From assembly GCA_002689135.1 (NCBI GenBank), contig NZEU01000030.1, forward strand, positions 17,677 to 71,050: DNA of 53,374 nt, written 5' to 3'. The DNA comes from Porticoccaceae bacterium (GTDB taxonomy: Bacteria > Pseudomonadota > Gammaproteobacteria > Pseudomonadales > Porticoccaceae). The notes below the pieces were generated by a model. It saw only the letters and a program-made list of their open reading frames with translations, had not been told where the DNA came from and ran no database searches. Made by a program: the position numbers and the translations under genes. Numbering within the stretch: position 1 is the first letter of the stretch; every line of letters starts with the position of its first letter. Below, in pieces: positions 43,269-53,374 of this stretch.

Positions 43269-43976
43269 CTAGATCTGTCGCGAAAATAACAAATCCCACG
43301 TACGATGACCAAGGCTCTGCCCCCGTTGTTCGAACTTTGTAAGCGGACGGTTCTTTGGTTTCAACGAATATCCTCCGATGCCGTTAGCGCAATTCGCAAA
43401 TCCCTCAGAGAGATTCATAACATCCAGCATATGCTCGGCATAAGGCTTCCAATCAGTGGCCATATGAAAAATTCCACCTAACCGAAGCCGACTCCGAACA
43501 AGCTCTACAAACTCCACCTGTACTAAGCGTCTTTTATGATGCTTTTTCTTATGCCACGGATCAGGGAAAAATAGTTGTAAACGATCTATGCTTTCCATGC
43601 CAATACAATTCTCAAGAACATCGTTCGCATCAGAAAAATATATCCGTAAATTAGTTAACCCTACAGAATAGGCACGATTCATTAACCTGCCTATACCCGG
43701 GGCATAGACTTCAATACCAATAAAGTGACTTTCAGGGTTCTTTTGCGCCATTTCAAACAACGCATCACCCATACCAAATCCAATTTCGACAATGAGTGGA
43801 GCCAATTTACCGAATTCGAGCTCCATATTTAGAAGTCCGGAGCCTACATCCAAACCAAATTTCTCCCATACCTGCTCAAACGCGCGGCGTTGAGCCTTTG
43901 TAAACCGTCCACTTCGTATCACATAACTACGAATAGCCCTCGATCTGCATCCCTGGTGAGAAATAAAATCAATCAT
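43269..43976 (-). CDS. trmB: tRNA (guanine-N7)-methyltransferase
   Basis: IRSYV.R.GR, EIGFGMG, GIEV, FFPDPW.KK.H.KRR, HMATDW, TKFE.RG. Confidence 0.97.
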   Translation of the reverse strand: MIDFISHQGCRSRAIRSYVIRSGRFTKAQRRAFEQVWEKFGLDVGSGLLNMELEFGKLAPLIVEIGFGMGDALFEMAQKNPESHFIGIEVYAPGIGRLMNRAYSVGLTNLRIYFSDANDVLENCIGMESIDRLQLFFPDPWHKKKHHKRRLVQVEFVELVRSRLRLGGIFHMATDWKPYAEHMLDVMNLSEGFANCANGIGGYSLKPKNRPLTKFEQRGQSLGHRTWDLLFSRQI

Positions 43977-44184
43977 CTTTTTTTTAAAAGTCGAAGGATG
44001 TTAAGAAGGTTTTGGCCACCGCTCCAATACTAAAGCCAAAATATAATCTGGAGATAGGGTACCATGAATAGAGGCGCGCTCGATTTAAAGAAAATGAAAG
44101 TTCAGGACACTCTTTTGGCGTTTATGAGCAACTAGTTAATGCATCAAAATTTTGAACATATTTAGACGCACTAACACACCTTAT

Positions 44185-45039
44185 CTATTTCTCCATCAAC
44201 GCCTTCACACGTTGCATAGCATTTTTTTCTAGCTGTCTAATTCGCTCCGCTGAGACGCTATAATGTGTAGCGAGATCTTGTAATGTGGTTTTTACATCAT
44301 TTAACCACCGACGTTGTAGTATATCTCTGCTTCGTTCGTCAAGGCTGGAAACTGCACTTGCGAGACGTTCATTGTTGTTAGATTGGCGCTCATGATTTTC
44401 AACTATTTTCTCAGGGTCAGCCGAGGGATCTGATAAATAATATGCAGGCGTAATCACTGCCGCATCATCGTCGTCGTCTGACGCAATATCAAAGGCTGAA
44501 TCACGAGCGCCGAGACGCATCTCCATTTCCAGCACATCTTTCACCTCAACCCCCAGGTCCTTGGCTACTGCGTCCGCTTCGCCCTGATTTAACCAATGGA
44601 GACTTTTCTTTGCACCACGCAAATTGAAAAACAACTTCCTTTGCGCCTTGGTGGTTGCTACTTTAACTATTCTCCAATTGCGTAAAATATACTCATGGAT
44701 CTCCGCCTTGATCCAGTGCACAGCAAAGGACACCATCCTAACTCCCTTTTCAGGGTTGAAGCGCCGAACTGCTTTCATCAAACCGACATTTCCCTCCTGG
44801 ACAAGGTCTGCAAGAGGTAATCCATAACCACTATATGAACGAGCAATATGTACGACGAACCGCAGGTGGGCCAGAACGAGCCGGCGAGCAGCGTCAAGAT
44901 CGTCTTCATAGTAAAGCCGTTCTCCCAAAAGACGCTCCTCGTCTGCTGTAAGAATCGGCACAGAAGATGCGCCTTGGATATATGCATTAAGGTTTGCGCC
45001 AGGAGTCATCCACTCCATTGACATAACCGAATTACTCAT
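44185..45039 (-). CDS. rpoH: RNA polymerase sigma-32 factor
   Basis: [14 protein letters not shown], RpoH box [25 protein letters not shown]; downstream of ftsX. Confidence 0.98.
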   Translation of the reverse strand: MSNSVMSMEWMTPGANLNAYIQGASSVPILTADEERLLGERLYYEDDLDAARRLVLAHLRFVVHIARSYSGYGLPLADLVQEGNVGLMKAVRRFNPEKGVRMVSFAVHWIKAEIHEYILRNWRIVKVATTKAQRKLFFNLRGAKKSLHWLNQGEADAVAKDLGVEVKDVLEMEMRLGARDSAFDIASDDDDDAAVITPAYYLSDPSADPEKIVENHERQSNNNERLASAVSSLDERSRDILQRRWLNDVKTTLQDLATHYSVSAERIRQLEKNAMQRVKALMEK

Positions 45040-45132
45040 CAAAACTCCCCCAACTGCACTACGTTTAAAAAAAGGGACTACATTATAATCGTAAAATATA
45101 AGACATTCAAACCTGTTACGGACGGAAGTTGT

Positions 45133-46116
45133 TTAAGGTTCAATGCCCTTAAGATGACGTCGAACGGCTAACCATGCACCCAGCAACCCCAATAACGCGC
45201 CACCCCCCAGAATACCCAAAAGACTCCAGATACTCAATCCATGGAGCACAAATCGGCTTTCGTAGAGGCTGGCCAATACCTCGATCGAGCTATTTAACCA
45301 GTTAACCGAAAACCAGAGGAGCACAACTGATACTGCACCCCCCGATAGGCCAAAGATAAGTCCCGTGTACAAAAACGGACGACGAACATAACCATCTGTT
45401 CCACCGACAAGACGAATTACTATGATTTCATCCGTTCGGCTTTGAATGGCCATGCGTATCGTGTTTGCTACCGCCAGCAAAACTCCTAGGCCAAGGGTGA
45501 TACTTAGAGCAGTGATTAATTTTTCTCCGATCTCCAGCATGGATCTCAACCGTTGGAGCCATTGCATATCAATTTGCACTTGATCAACGCCCGAGAACTT
45601 TGAAATTTGATCAGCTATTTCCCCAGCACGCTCCAGTTTAACGCTATCAGGTTGCACTACAAAGACCGCCGGCAGCGGACTTTCTGCTAAATAATCCAGA
45701 GCACTCCCAAATCCGGACAGCGCCTGGAATTCTATTAGCGCCTGTTCCGGCGAAATGTAAGCGATACTTGATACACCAACCAGAGTCTGTAACTGGATCT
45801 CCAGTCTCTCTAAAGTTTTTTCTTGTAAACCAACTTCCAAAAAAACAGTCAACTGCGTGGATGCCTTAACGTTCCCGCTCAATCGCTCAAGATTTTCTAT
45901 GGCAAGAAAAAGGGCTCCAGGAAGTGCAAATGCAATCGCTATTACAAGGACTGTCATGGACGTTTGGAGAGGATCCAACACCATATCTCGTAGCGACTGA
46001 ACCAAGGTTAATCTGTGATTAGTGATCTCTCCTCTCACCCGGTCGACAGAAGTTAATGTGGCATTACCAGATGCCAAACGATTTTTTTTTGATTCTTTAT
46101 CCTTATTCTTGATCAC
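45133..46116 (-). CDS. ftsX: Cell division permease FtsX
   Basis: T..VIAIA.ALP, SP.QAL.EF...SGF, PLP, NTIR..I..R..EI....LVG.TD..VRRPFLY.G. Confidence 0.96.
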   Translation of the reverse strand: MIKNKDKESKKNRLASGNATLTSVDRVRGEITNHRLTLVQSLRDMVLDPLQTSMTVLVIAIAFALPGALFLAIENLERLSGNVKASTQLTVFLEVGLQEKTLERLEIQLQTLVGVSSIAYISPEQALIEFQALSGFGSALDYLAESPLPAVFVVQPDSVKLERAGEIADQISKFSGVDQVQIDMQWLQRLRSMLEIGEKLITALSITLGLGVLLAVANTIRMAIQSRTDEIIVIRLVGGTDGYVRRPFLYTGLIFGLSGGAVSVVLLWFSVNWLNSSIEVLASLYESRFVLHGLSIWSLLGILGGGALLGLLGAWLAVRRHLKGIEP

Positions 46117-46780
46117 GCTTACCGCTGTCCTCAGCTAAACTGCCTCCATCAAGTCTCAGAATCCTGAGACGCATGCGATTAATCAAAGAAACATCATGAG
46201 TTGCGATAAGAACAGTCACTCCAACCGTTTGAAATCTGCGAAAAAGCGCCATTATTTCAGCCGACAACTGTGGGTCTAAATTTCCAGTTGGTTCATCTGC
46301 CAAAAGAATCTTTGGCTTGTGAACAATTGCTCTCGCAATCCCTACCCGTTGTTGCTCTCCACCAGAAAGTTCTGCAGGCTTAAATTGTTCTCGGTCCAGC
46401 AAACCAACACTATCAAGAGCAGCGCGCACTCTGCGAGCCATTTCGTCCCTCGGGTAACCGGAGACCTGGAGCGGAAGAGAGACATTTTCATATAGGGACC
46501 GATCCATCAGAAGTCGGTGGTTCTGAAACACTACACCGAGCTGGCGTCGGTAAGTAGGAATCTGCCGCCTACGAAGAAGATTGAGGTTCGTCCCATTAAT
46601 CAAGATATTTCCTGAGGTGGGCCTCTCCATCAACATAAGGAGCTTAAGCAAAGTACTCTTTCCCGCACCGGAACGTCCTGTCAAGAAAGCCATTTCACCG
46701 GCATCCATGTGAAAGGTTATCTTCCGAAGGGCCTCGTATCCAGTATCGTAACGCTTTCCTAAGTCACGGAATTCAATCAT
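46103..46780 (-). CDS. ftsE: Cell division ATP-binding protein FtsE
   Basis: G.SGAGKST, LSGGEQQRV.IARA, LADEPTGNLD, ATHD; between ftsY and ftsX. Confidence 0.97.
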   Translation of the reverse strand: MIEFRDLGKRYDTGYEALRKITFHMDAGEMAFLTGRSGAGKSTLLKLLMLMERPTSGNILINGTNLNLLRRRQIPTYRRQLGVVFQNHRLLMDRSLYENVSLPLQVSGYPRDEMARRVRAALDSVGLLDREQFKPAELSGGEQQRVGIARAIVHKPKILLADEPTGNLDPQLSAEIMALFRRFQTVGVTVLIATHDVSLINRMRLRILRLDGGSLAEDSGKRDQE

Positions 46781-47820
46781 CGGCTTTTCTCTCTATCACC
46801 AATGTCTAGCAGGGCATTGACAAACTCTAAAATAGAAAATTTGTGTAAGTCCTCTACTCCCTCTCCAACACCAATAAATCTTATCGGGATCCTGAATTGG
46901 TCTGCCAAAGCAAAGATAATCCCGCCCTTTGCTGTACCATCAAGTTTGGTCAAGACAATTCCGGTGACGCCTACTGCAGCTGAAAACTCCCTTACTTGAG
47001 CGAGGGCGTTTTGCCCAGTGGAGGCATCTAAAACCAACAACACCTCATGGGGAGCCTGAGAATTTAATTTTTTAACAACTCGGGTTATTTTTGCGAGCTC
47101 ATCCATCAAACTGGTTTTATTATGAAGACGACCAGATGTATCAGCAATCACAAGATCAGTGCCCTTAGCTTGAGCCGAGTGTACGGCATCAAAAATAACT
47201 GATGCGCTATCGGATCCTTTTTGTTGAGCCAATACTGGAATGGAATATCGGTCTCCCCATACCTGTAACTGCTCGATTGCCGCAGCCCTAAAGGTGTCTC
47301 CGGCAGCGAGAAGTACAGATAGACCTTCACTTTTGAGACGGAAAGCGAGCTTACCAATAGTTGTTGTTTTACCAACACCATTCACTCCGACAACCAAAAT
47401 GACAACCGGATTACCTGAACCAGTCGTCGGTATCGGTTGGTCGCACCCAGCTAACAGGTCAACCAATATTTTACGCAAACCCTCCTTGAGTTTAGACTCC
47501 TCCCGAAAGTCGCCAACCGAAAGACCTACACTCAGCTTTTTGAGGATTTTTTGCGTGGTAACGATACCCACATCAGCCTGAAGTAATGACGTTTCGATAT
47601 CATCCAATACTTCCTGATGGTTGACGTCTGTGCCCGCTAAGATAGCTCTAAAATTTTGCCCTGCCTTAGAAAGCAGATTCCGTAACGTACCACCACCCAT
47701 AATTTCTGTCTCCGCACGATCGTGAGGTAGCCTTTTGAGGCCAAAACGATCAGCGAAAGAGCGCCGGGAAGTCTTCGGTTGATTTGACGATGTATCAATC
47801 ACAGCTATATTCTTTATCAC
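46777..47820 (-). CDS. ftsY: SRP receptor FtsY
   Basis: GVNGVGKTTTIGKLA, DTFRAAA.EQL, DT.GRL, TKLDGTAKGG; start uncertain. Confidence 0.97.
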   Translation of the reverse strand: MIKNIAVIDTSSNQPKTSRRSFADRFGLKRLPHDRAETEIMGGGTLRNLLSKAGQNFRAILAGTDVNHQEVLDDIETSLLQADVGIVTTQKILKKLSVGLSVGDFREESKLKEGLRKILVDLLAGCDQPIPTTGSGNPVVILVVGVNGVGKTTTIGKLAFRLKSEGLSVLLAAGDTFRAAAIEQLQVWGDRYSIPVLAQQKGSDSASVIFDAVHSAQAKGTDLVIADTSGRLHNKTSLMDELAKITRVVKKLNSQAPHEVLLVLDASTGQNALAQVREFSAAVGVTGIVLTKLDGTAKGGIIFALADQFRIPIRFIGVGEGVEDLHKFSILEFVNALLDIGDREKSR

Positions 47821-47890
47821 TCATCATTAAACGTATCCTATCATCATCCTGTGGTAATAGGCTAAGGACTGTTAACGGTGCTTTAAAAAA

Positions 47891-49011
<1,121 letters not shown>

Positions 49012-49014
49012 GTA

Positions 49015-49821
49015 TTAAGTCTGGCACCGACTACAAAAAACTGTGGAGCGCTGTCCTAGACGTTGAATTTTAAGGGTTGCTTTGCAGGCAAAGCACCGTT
49101 GTCCATGCCTGCCATATACCTGCAGCTGTTGCTTGAAATAGCCTGGCTCACCATCACTGTCAACAAAATCCCTCAAAGTAGTACCGCCCTGCTCTATGGC
49201 TTTCGCAAGTACGGCCTTTATCTGATGTGCCAAGGCTTGATAACGCTGTAAGCTTATTCTACCAGCACTCCGGTCGGGACGGATCCCAGCTCTAAAAAGA
49301 GACTCCGATGCATATATATTTCCGACGCCCACAACGATCGTGGACAACATAATGAAGTTTTTTACCGGTACCTTACGACCCCGAGCAAGCCTGTAAAGGT
49401 GATCGCCGTTAAACTGAGTCGATAACGGCTCGGGACCCAGGTTAGCCAGCTGATGATGGTCATTGGCAGTCCAACTCCAACTTCCGAAACGTCTCGGGTC
49501 GTGATAGCGGATCCGCTTACCAGTGTGCAACACCATCTCAATATGATCATGCTTCCGCCAACCCTCATTTGCACTCAACAGCCGAAGGCTGCCACTCATT
49601 CCCAGGTGGATCAGCAAAGACCCCCGTTGTAAGTCCATCAACAGGTATTTTGCACGTCGGCTTATGCTCATGATAACCTCACCATCAAGAAGATCAGAGA
49701 GGTTGCCAACGACAGGCCACCGCAACGCTGGCTGGCGCACTTCAACTTTGGTTATGGTCGTCCCTAACAGCCATGGCTTAAGGCCGCGAAGGGTCGTTTC
49801 TACCTCTGGTAACTCGGGCAT
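49015..49821 (-). CDS. mutM: Formamidopyrimidine-DNA glycosylase
   Basis: MPELPEVET, RRAKYL, HLGMSG, DPRRFG, GVGNIYA.E.LF, C-terminal C4 zinc finger. Confidence 0.98.
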   Translation of the reverse strand: MPELPEVETTLRGLKPWLLGTTITKVEVRQPALRWPVVGNLSDLLDGEVIMSISRRAKYLLMDLQRGSLLIHLGMSGSLRLLSANEGWRKHDHIEMVLHTGKRIRYHDPRRFGSWSWTANDHHQLANLGPEPLSTQFNGDHLYRLARGRKVPVKNFIMLSTIVVGVGNIYASESLFRAGIRPDRSAGRISLQRYQALAHQIKAVLAKAIEQGGTTLRDFVDSDGEPGYFKQQLQVYGRHGQRCFACKATLKIQRLGQRSTVFCSRCQT

Positions 49822-49990
49822 ACATAACTCGGTAATTAAACATCAAATGGATTGGTGTCGCCCCAGTATACTTACTTCTTGTTCATGATAGTGTCTCACA
49901 TCATGGGCTCCAATTGCAGCGCCAGGGTGGTAATTTATCAAAATACCGGTAAACTGACACGCTGATATTGGATAAGACAAGCGAGTCAAC

Positions 49991-50398
49991 ATGGCACTTG
50001 GGAGAAGACGCAAGACTGAGGACGAGTCACAAATCGACATGACTCCGATGCTTGATGTGGTATTTATTATGCTCATCTTCTTTATTGTGACTGCATCGTT
50101 CGTTAACGAAATAGGACTGCAAGTTGATCGTCCACCGACATCAGACCAGCCACCACCAGACTCTGAAAATACAAACATCGTTTTCCGTATCTCAGAAAGT
50201 AACGAGATCCGCTTCGAGGGTCGGAGAATCGATATTAGAGCTGTTCGAGCTAATGTTGAACGCATGCACGCTGAGAGGCCCGAAGCGAAAGTAGTAGTGA
50301 GTGCTCACCCCAAAAGCAAGACAGAGCTCTTTATCAAGATATCTGATCAGTCGAGAGAGGCAGGAGTTTATGACGTCTCTCTCTCTACGGACGAATAA
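49991..50398 (+). CDS. exbD: Biopolymer transport ExbD/TolR family protein
   Basis: IDMTPMLDVVFIMLIFFIVTASF TM segment with the conserved Asp; periplasmic domain. Confidence 0.93.
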   Translation: MALGRRRKTEDESQIDMTPMLDVVFIMLIFFIVTASFVNEIGLQVDRPPTSDQPPPDSENTNIVFRISESNEIRFEGRRIDIRAVRANVERMHAERPEAKVVVSAHPKSKTELFIKISDQSREAGVYDVSLSTDE

Positions 50399-50411
50399 AA
50401 ACATATAGATT

Positions 50412-50447
50412 AAGGCCTTAAATCGAAAACAAAGGATTTAAGACCTT
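50412..50447 (-). terminator. Hairpin between convergent exbD and flagellin (likely terminator)
   Basis: aaggccttaaatc-N10-gatttaagacctt; the single mismatch becomes a G-U pair on the minus (flagellin) strand. Confidence 0.6.
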
Positions 50448-50471
50448 TCTTTAACTAATTGTGAACGCTCA

Positions 50472-51341
50472 CTAACTTAGCAGCGCCAGTACGGTCGCAG
50501 CCTGAACATTTGCATGGGAAAGCATGGAAGCAGCGGCATGTTGTATTATCGATGTCCTTGCTAGTTCGGCAGTTTCACGGGCATAGTCTGCATCTAATAC
50601 TCGACTTCGGGCGGCAGCAGTATTTTGAGAAATGTTCAACAGATTGTCTGCTGCGAAATCCAGCCTATTCATATAGGCTCCATAAGTTGCCCTCTGTGAA
50701 GCTACAGCGGTAATCGCCGCATCGATTGCGGTGATTGTAGCGGACTGGGTAGTCTTCATACCCGGTGTGCTACTGGTACCTGACGTGTCAGTTGACAGTG
50801 CTGTAGCCAGAGTAGTCGTGTAGATTCCGCTTGTACCGCCACTAATTTGAAAGTTTCCAAAGTTAACTGCCCCGATAGTCTGGTTTGCGTTAGCACCAAT
50901 CTGGAAGGTCACACTATTTGACGTGTTATCAAGTAGGTTTGTGGAATTCCATTGCGTATTATCAGCTATGCGCTCGATTTCATCTGCAAGTGCATGGAAC
51001 TCTAAGTCAAGGTTTGCTGTATCTGCAGTCGTGTAAGACCCTGAGGTTCCCTGGACCGTGAGCTCTCGCATCCGTTGTAATATATTCTCGATCTCGATCA
51101 CTGCTCCGTCCGCGGTCTGCAACATCGCAATAGCATCGTTTGCATTCCTAACTGCCTGAGCCGTCCCCCGAATCTGTGATGTCATCTTTGATGAGATAGC
51201 GAGTCCCGCTGCATCATCCTTGGCCGAGTTAATTCGCTTTCCGGTAGAAAGGCGCTCCATCGACCGACCCATATCCCTTTCGTTCGACGTTAGTGCATTC
51301 GCTGCTATCATTGAAGCCATATTGGTATTGATTACTGCCAT
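50472..51341 (-). CDS. fliC: Flagellin (short, 289 aa)
   Basis: MAVINTN, MERLSTGKRINSAKDDAAGLAI, LQRMREL, FQIGAN, RA.YGA..NRL, SR.LDADYA.E; GGGAGG RBS. Confidence 0.97.
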   Translation of the reverse strand: MAVINTNMASMIAANALTSNERDMGRSMERLSTGKRINSAKDDAAGLAISSKMTSQIRGTAQAVRNANDAIAMLQTADGAVIEIENILQRMRELTVQGTSGSYTTADTANLDLEFHALADEIERIADNTQWNSTNLLDNTSNSVTFQIGANANQTIGAVNFGNFQISGGTSGIYTTTLATALSTDTSGTSSTPGMKTTQSATITAIDAAITAVASQRATYGAYMNRLDFAADNLLNISQNTAAARSRVLDADYARETAELARTSIIQHAAASMLSHANVQAATVLALLS

Positions 51342-51563
51342 AACTTACCTCCCATTAGTCCACGCCATGTCTTTCGACAGATTCATCTACTATGCTCTGA
51401 CCACTAAATTTGCAGAGCAAGCCGATAAAGCCCAAAGGCATTACCGACAAATACTAGCCACTGCCGTCGCATGATGAAACCGCAGCGGACAATTTTTTGA
51501 GTTCGCTTGAGACCGGCCAAATTACGACAGGCCACCGAGCGATCTCTTCGACTCAGGGGCTTC

Positions 51564-51818
51564 TCAGTTGAGGGCCGTAATCACCGTCGATAACTGCACA
51601 TTTCCCTGAGTCTCTACCGCCAAAACAGGGTCCTTAACTATCATCCGACTCACCGAGCGTGCCACCCCCTCCGGGGATCCCCAAAGGTGCCCAGTCCGGA
51701 TCTTACGAAAGTCCCGACGTTTTAACGTAATGCCTTCTCCTAAAATTACTCCAAAATCATTTCCAGTGTTCTTTTTCATCCTGTCTAAAAACTTATTACT
51801 ACTCTCGATTACCGTCAT
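51564..51818 (-). CDS. Small hypothetical protein with flagellin-D0-like C-terminus
   Basis: AAGAGGAG RBS 6 nt before ATG; co-oriented with the flagellins; C-terminal IVKDPVLAVETQGNVQLSTVITALN aligns to flagellin C-termini. Confidence 0.6.
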   Translation of the reverse strand: MTVIESSNKFLDRMKKNTGNDFGVILGEGITLKRRDFRKIRTGHLWGSPEGVARSVSRMIVKDPVLAVETQGNVQLSTVITALN

Positions 51819-52933
51819 ACTGGTCTCCTCTTAGTGACCACTGCGCCTCGCTATCTCCCAAGCGCACTCTCCAACGCCCTCTAACGGCGCTGATTTTAGG
51901 GCAATAAACCACTGCCCAAAACTCGCTGACATAGACGCCTCGCCATTAACAAGCACACACAAAAAAGTGTGAACGGCAGACGAAGCACATGATAGCTTCC
52001 TTAAACCATGTCAATGTCCCGATAAAGCCTCCAAATTTCTATACCCCCACACTACGCACAACACGGTGCAAAACATACGCATCCATAACAATACAATTCA
52101 AGCATCCGACATCATCGCACCAAACGTCCTTTTCAATAGACACCTGCCGACGCCATACTCATGACAGGACCTTAAATCCATACACATAGTCCTCATGCAA
52201 CACGTCGCAACCATATGCCACGCCACTCCGTAGCGGCTCCAACCGGTTACCCTGTAAATCACGGTATCTCGTACTCAAATTAAACCCCCAGTCAAATACA
52301 CTTAATCCCCTTGCAGCCTCAGACCAACCTTTGAGCAATTCAAAGGGTGGCTCGGTGGCCTTTTGGAAAGGCACTCATTTCAGGTGAACCTTATTTGTTT
52401 GCAAAAAATTGTGGTCATGGCACCTCGCGGCACCGTTACCTCACTACCCAAAAAACATTGGTAATGTTTCTTTTTTAGCCCACTACTCACCTCGCCTCTC
52501 CCTCTAGCAGTCTTTTCGCGCATCGCTTAGCTCCGAATATCTCAAGTCAAAGTCTCATCTCTTTCTCAATCACGGATGTGTTACCTCGCGCAAGGGCACG
52601 CGAGCGCGAAATGAATTCACATACAACTGACTCAAGTAATAAGAACTCTCAAATATATGTGAGTAATCACTTTTTAACCACGAAGACAAGTGCTTATGGA
52701 CTAACAAGTTAGACCAATTAATCAGGTAAGAAATCACCATAATCTATCTCTCCACTTATACCACTAAGCGTCTAATATCTTGACACCATGAGTCCGAATC
52801 AGAGAATTTGCCCTCTGATTTGCCTCTTGCAAGCCCGTAAAGTGTGAATCCCTCTTAAAAGGTCCCGCCCAACGGAATTACAGGCACAAAACGTACACCA
52901 TAGATGACGAACACCGCAGGTGTCGGCTCCCAT

Positions 52934-53006
52934 AAAAAAACCCTACATCCGGCCTTTTAAAAACACTGACCGCCTCTCGACGGCCAGTGCCACCGGCCAC
53001 GATGTA
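52934..53006 (-). terminator. Nested stem-loop with GAGA tetraloop plus U-tract downstream of second flagellin
   Basis: Minus strand: tacatc-g-tggcc...cactggccgtc-GAGA-ggcggtcagtg...ggccg-gatgta-ggg-ttttttt. Confidence 0.75.
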
Positions 53007-53010
53007 AAAC

Positions 53011-53374
53011 TTATCTCAGGAGCGCTAACACCTGTTGCTGCGACTGATTTGCCTGCGCCAACATCGCTGTAGCTGCCTGCTGAATGATCTGCGTTCGAGC
53101 CAATTCGGTTGTCTCCGCTGCATAATCCGCATCCAAAATTCGACTGCGTGCTGCAGATGAATTCTGAGCAACATTCTGAAGATTGTCTGCCGCATACTCG
53201 AGCCGGCTCATCGAAGCTCCCAACGAAGCCCGTTCGCTGTTAACGTTATCGATACCGTCGCTAAGTGCATACAATGCAATTGCAGCATTAGCAGCACTGT
53301 TTATCTGGATACCGGTATTGGTAGTTCCGTCCCAAGTTCCTAAGAATGTCTCATCATCCCCAGTAGCTGTGAAA
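53011..53374 (-). CDS. fliC: Second flagellin, C-terminal part (5' end beyond window)
   Basis: Frame open to window edge; ERASLGASMSRLE, ARSRILDADYAAETTELARTQIIQQAATAMLAQANQ..QQVLALLR. Confidence 0.95.
   Translation of the reverse strand, partial: FTATGDDETFLGTWDGTTNTGIQINSAANAAIALYALSDGIDNVNSERASLGASMSRLEYAADNLQNVAQNSSAARSRILDADYAAETTELARTQIIQQAATAMLAQANQSQQQVLALLR

Noticed and set aside
51989-52374. ORFs 51989-52189 (+) and 52159-52374 (-)
   Set aside because: No clear RBS or motif and they overlap each other; not supportable as genes

Overview
Mostly core chromosome of an AT-rich gammaproteobacterium. Gene order resembles Pseudomonas/Cellvibrionales, and a streamlined, light-exposed aquatic lineage is my inference. 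Gene order: pyk 3' end, ilvA/rpiA, DUF2333, dsbD-aroQ-accBC-prmA-dusB-fis-purH-[photolyase]-purD, an orphan LysR, rpe-trpEGDC, gshB-yqgE-yqgF-yggS-proC-yggT-[tas]-metXW-DUF4426-rdgB-hemW, trxA-rho-ubiD, an RND pump pair, gshA-dsbB-rsd, FKBP PPIase, trmB, ftsYEX-rpoH, rsmD-coaD, mutM, an orphan exbD and the edge of a multi-flagellin locus. I saw no tRNA, rRNA, CRISPR array, transposase, integrase or defence gene. The best leads are: (1) an 84-aa ORF with a strong RBS between two flagellins whose C-terminus aligns without gaps to the flagellin D0 tail; (2) coaD, which has no ATG/GTG/TTG start and appears to begin at ATC; (3) a 660-bp intergenic region with a perfect 18-bp inverted repeat and other stems; (4) a class III-like photolyase splitting purH-purD, with a shared 11-mer upstream of both divergent genes. 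All calls come from reading motifs and synteny by eye; no database searches were run.
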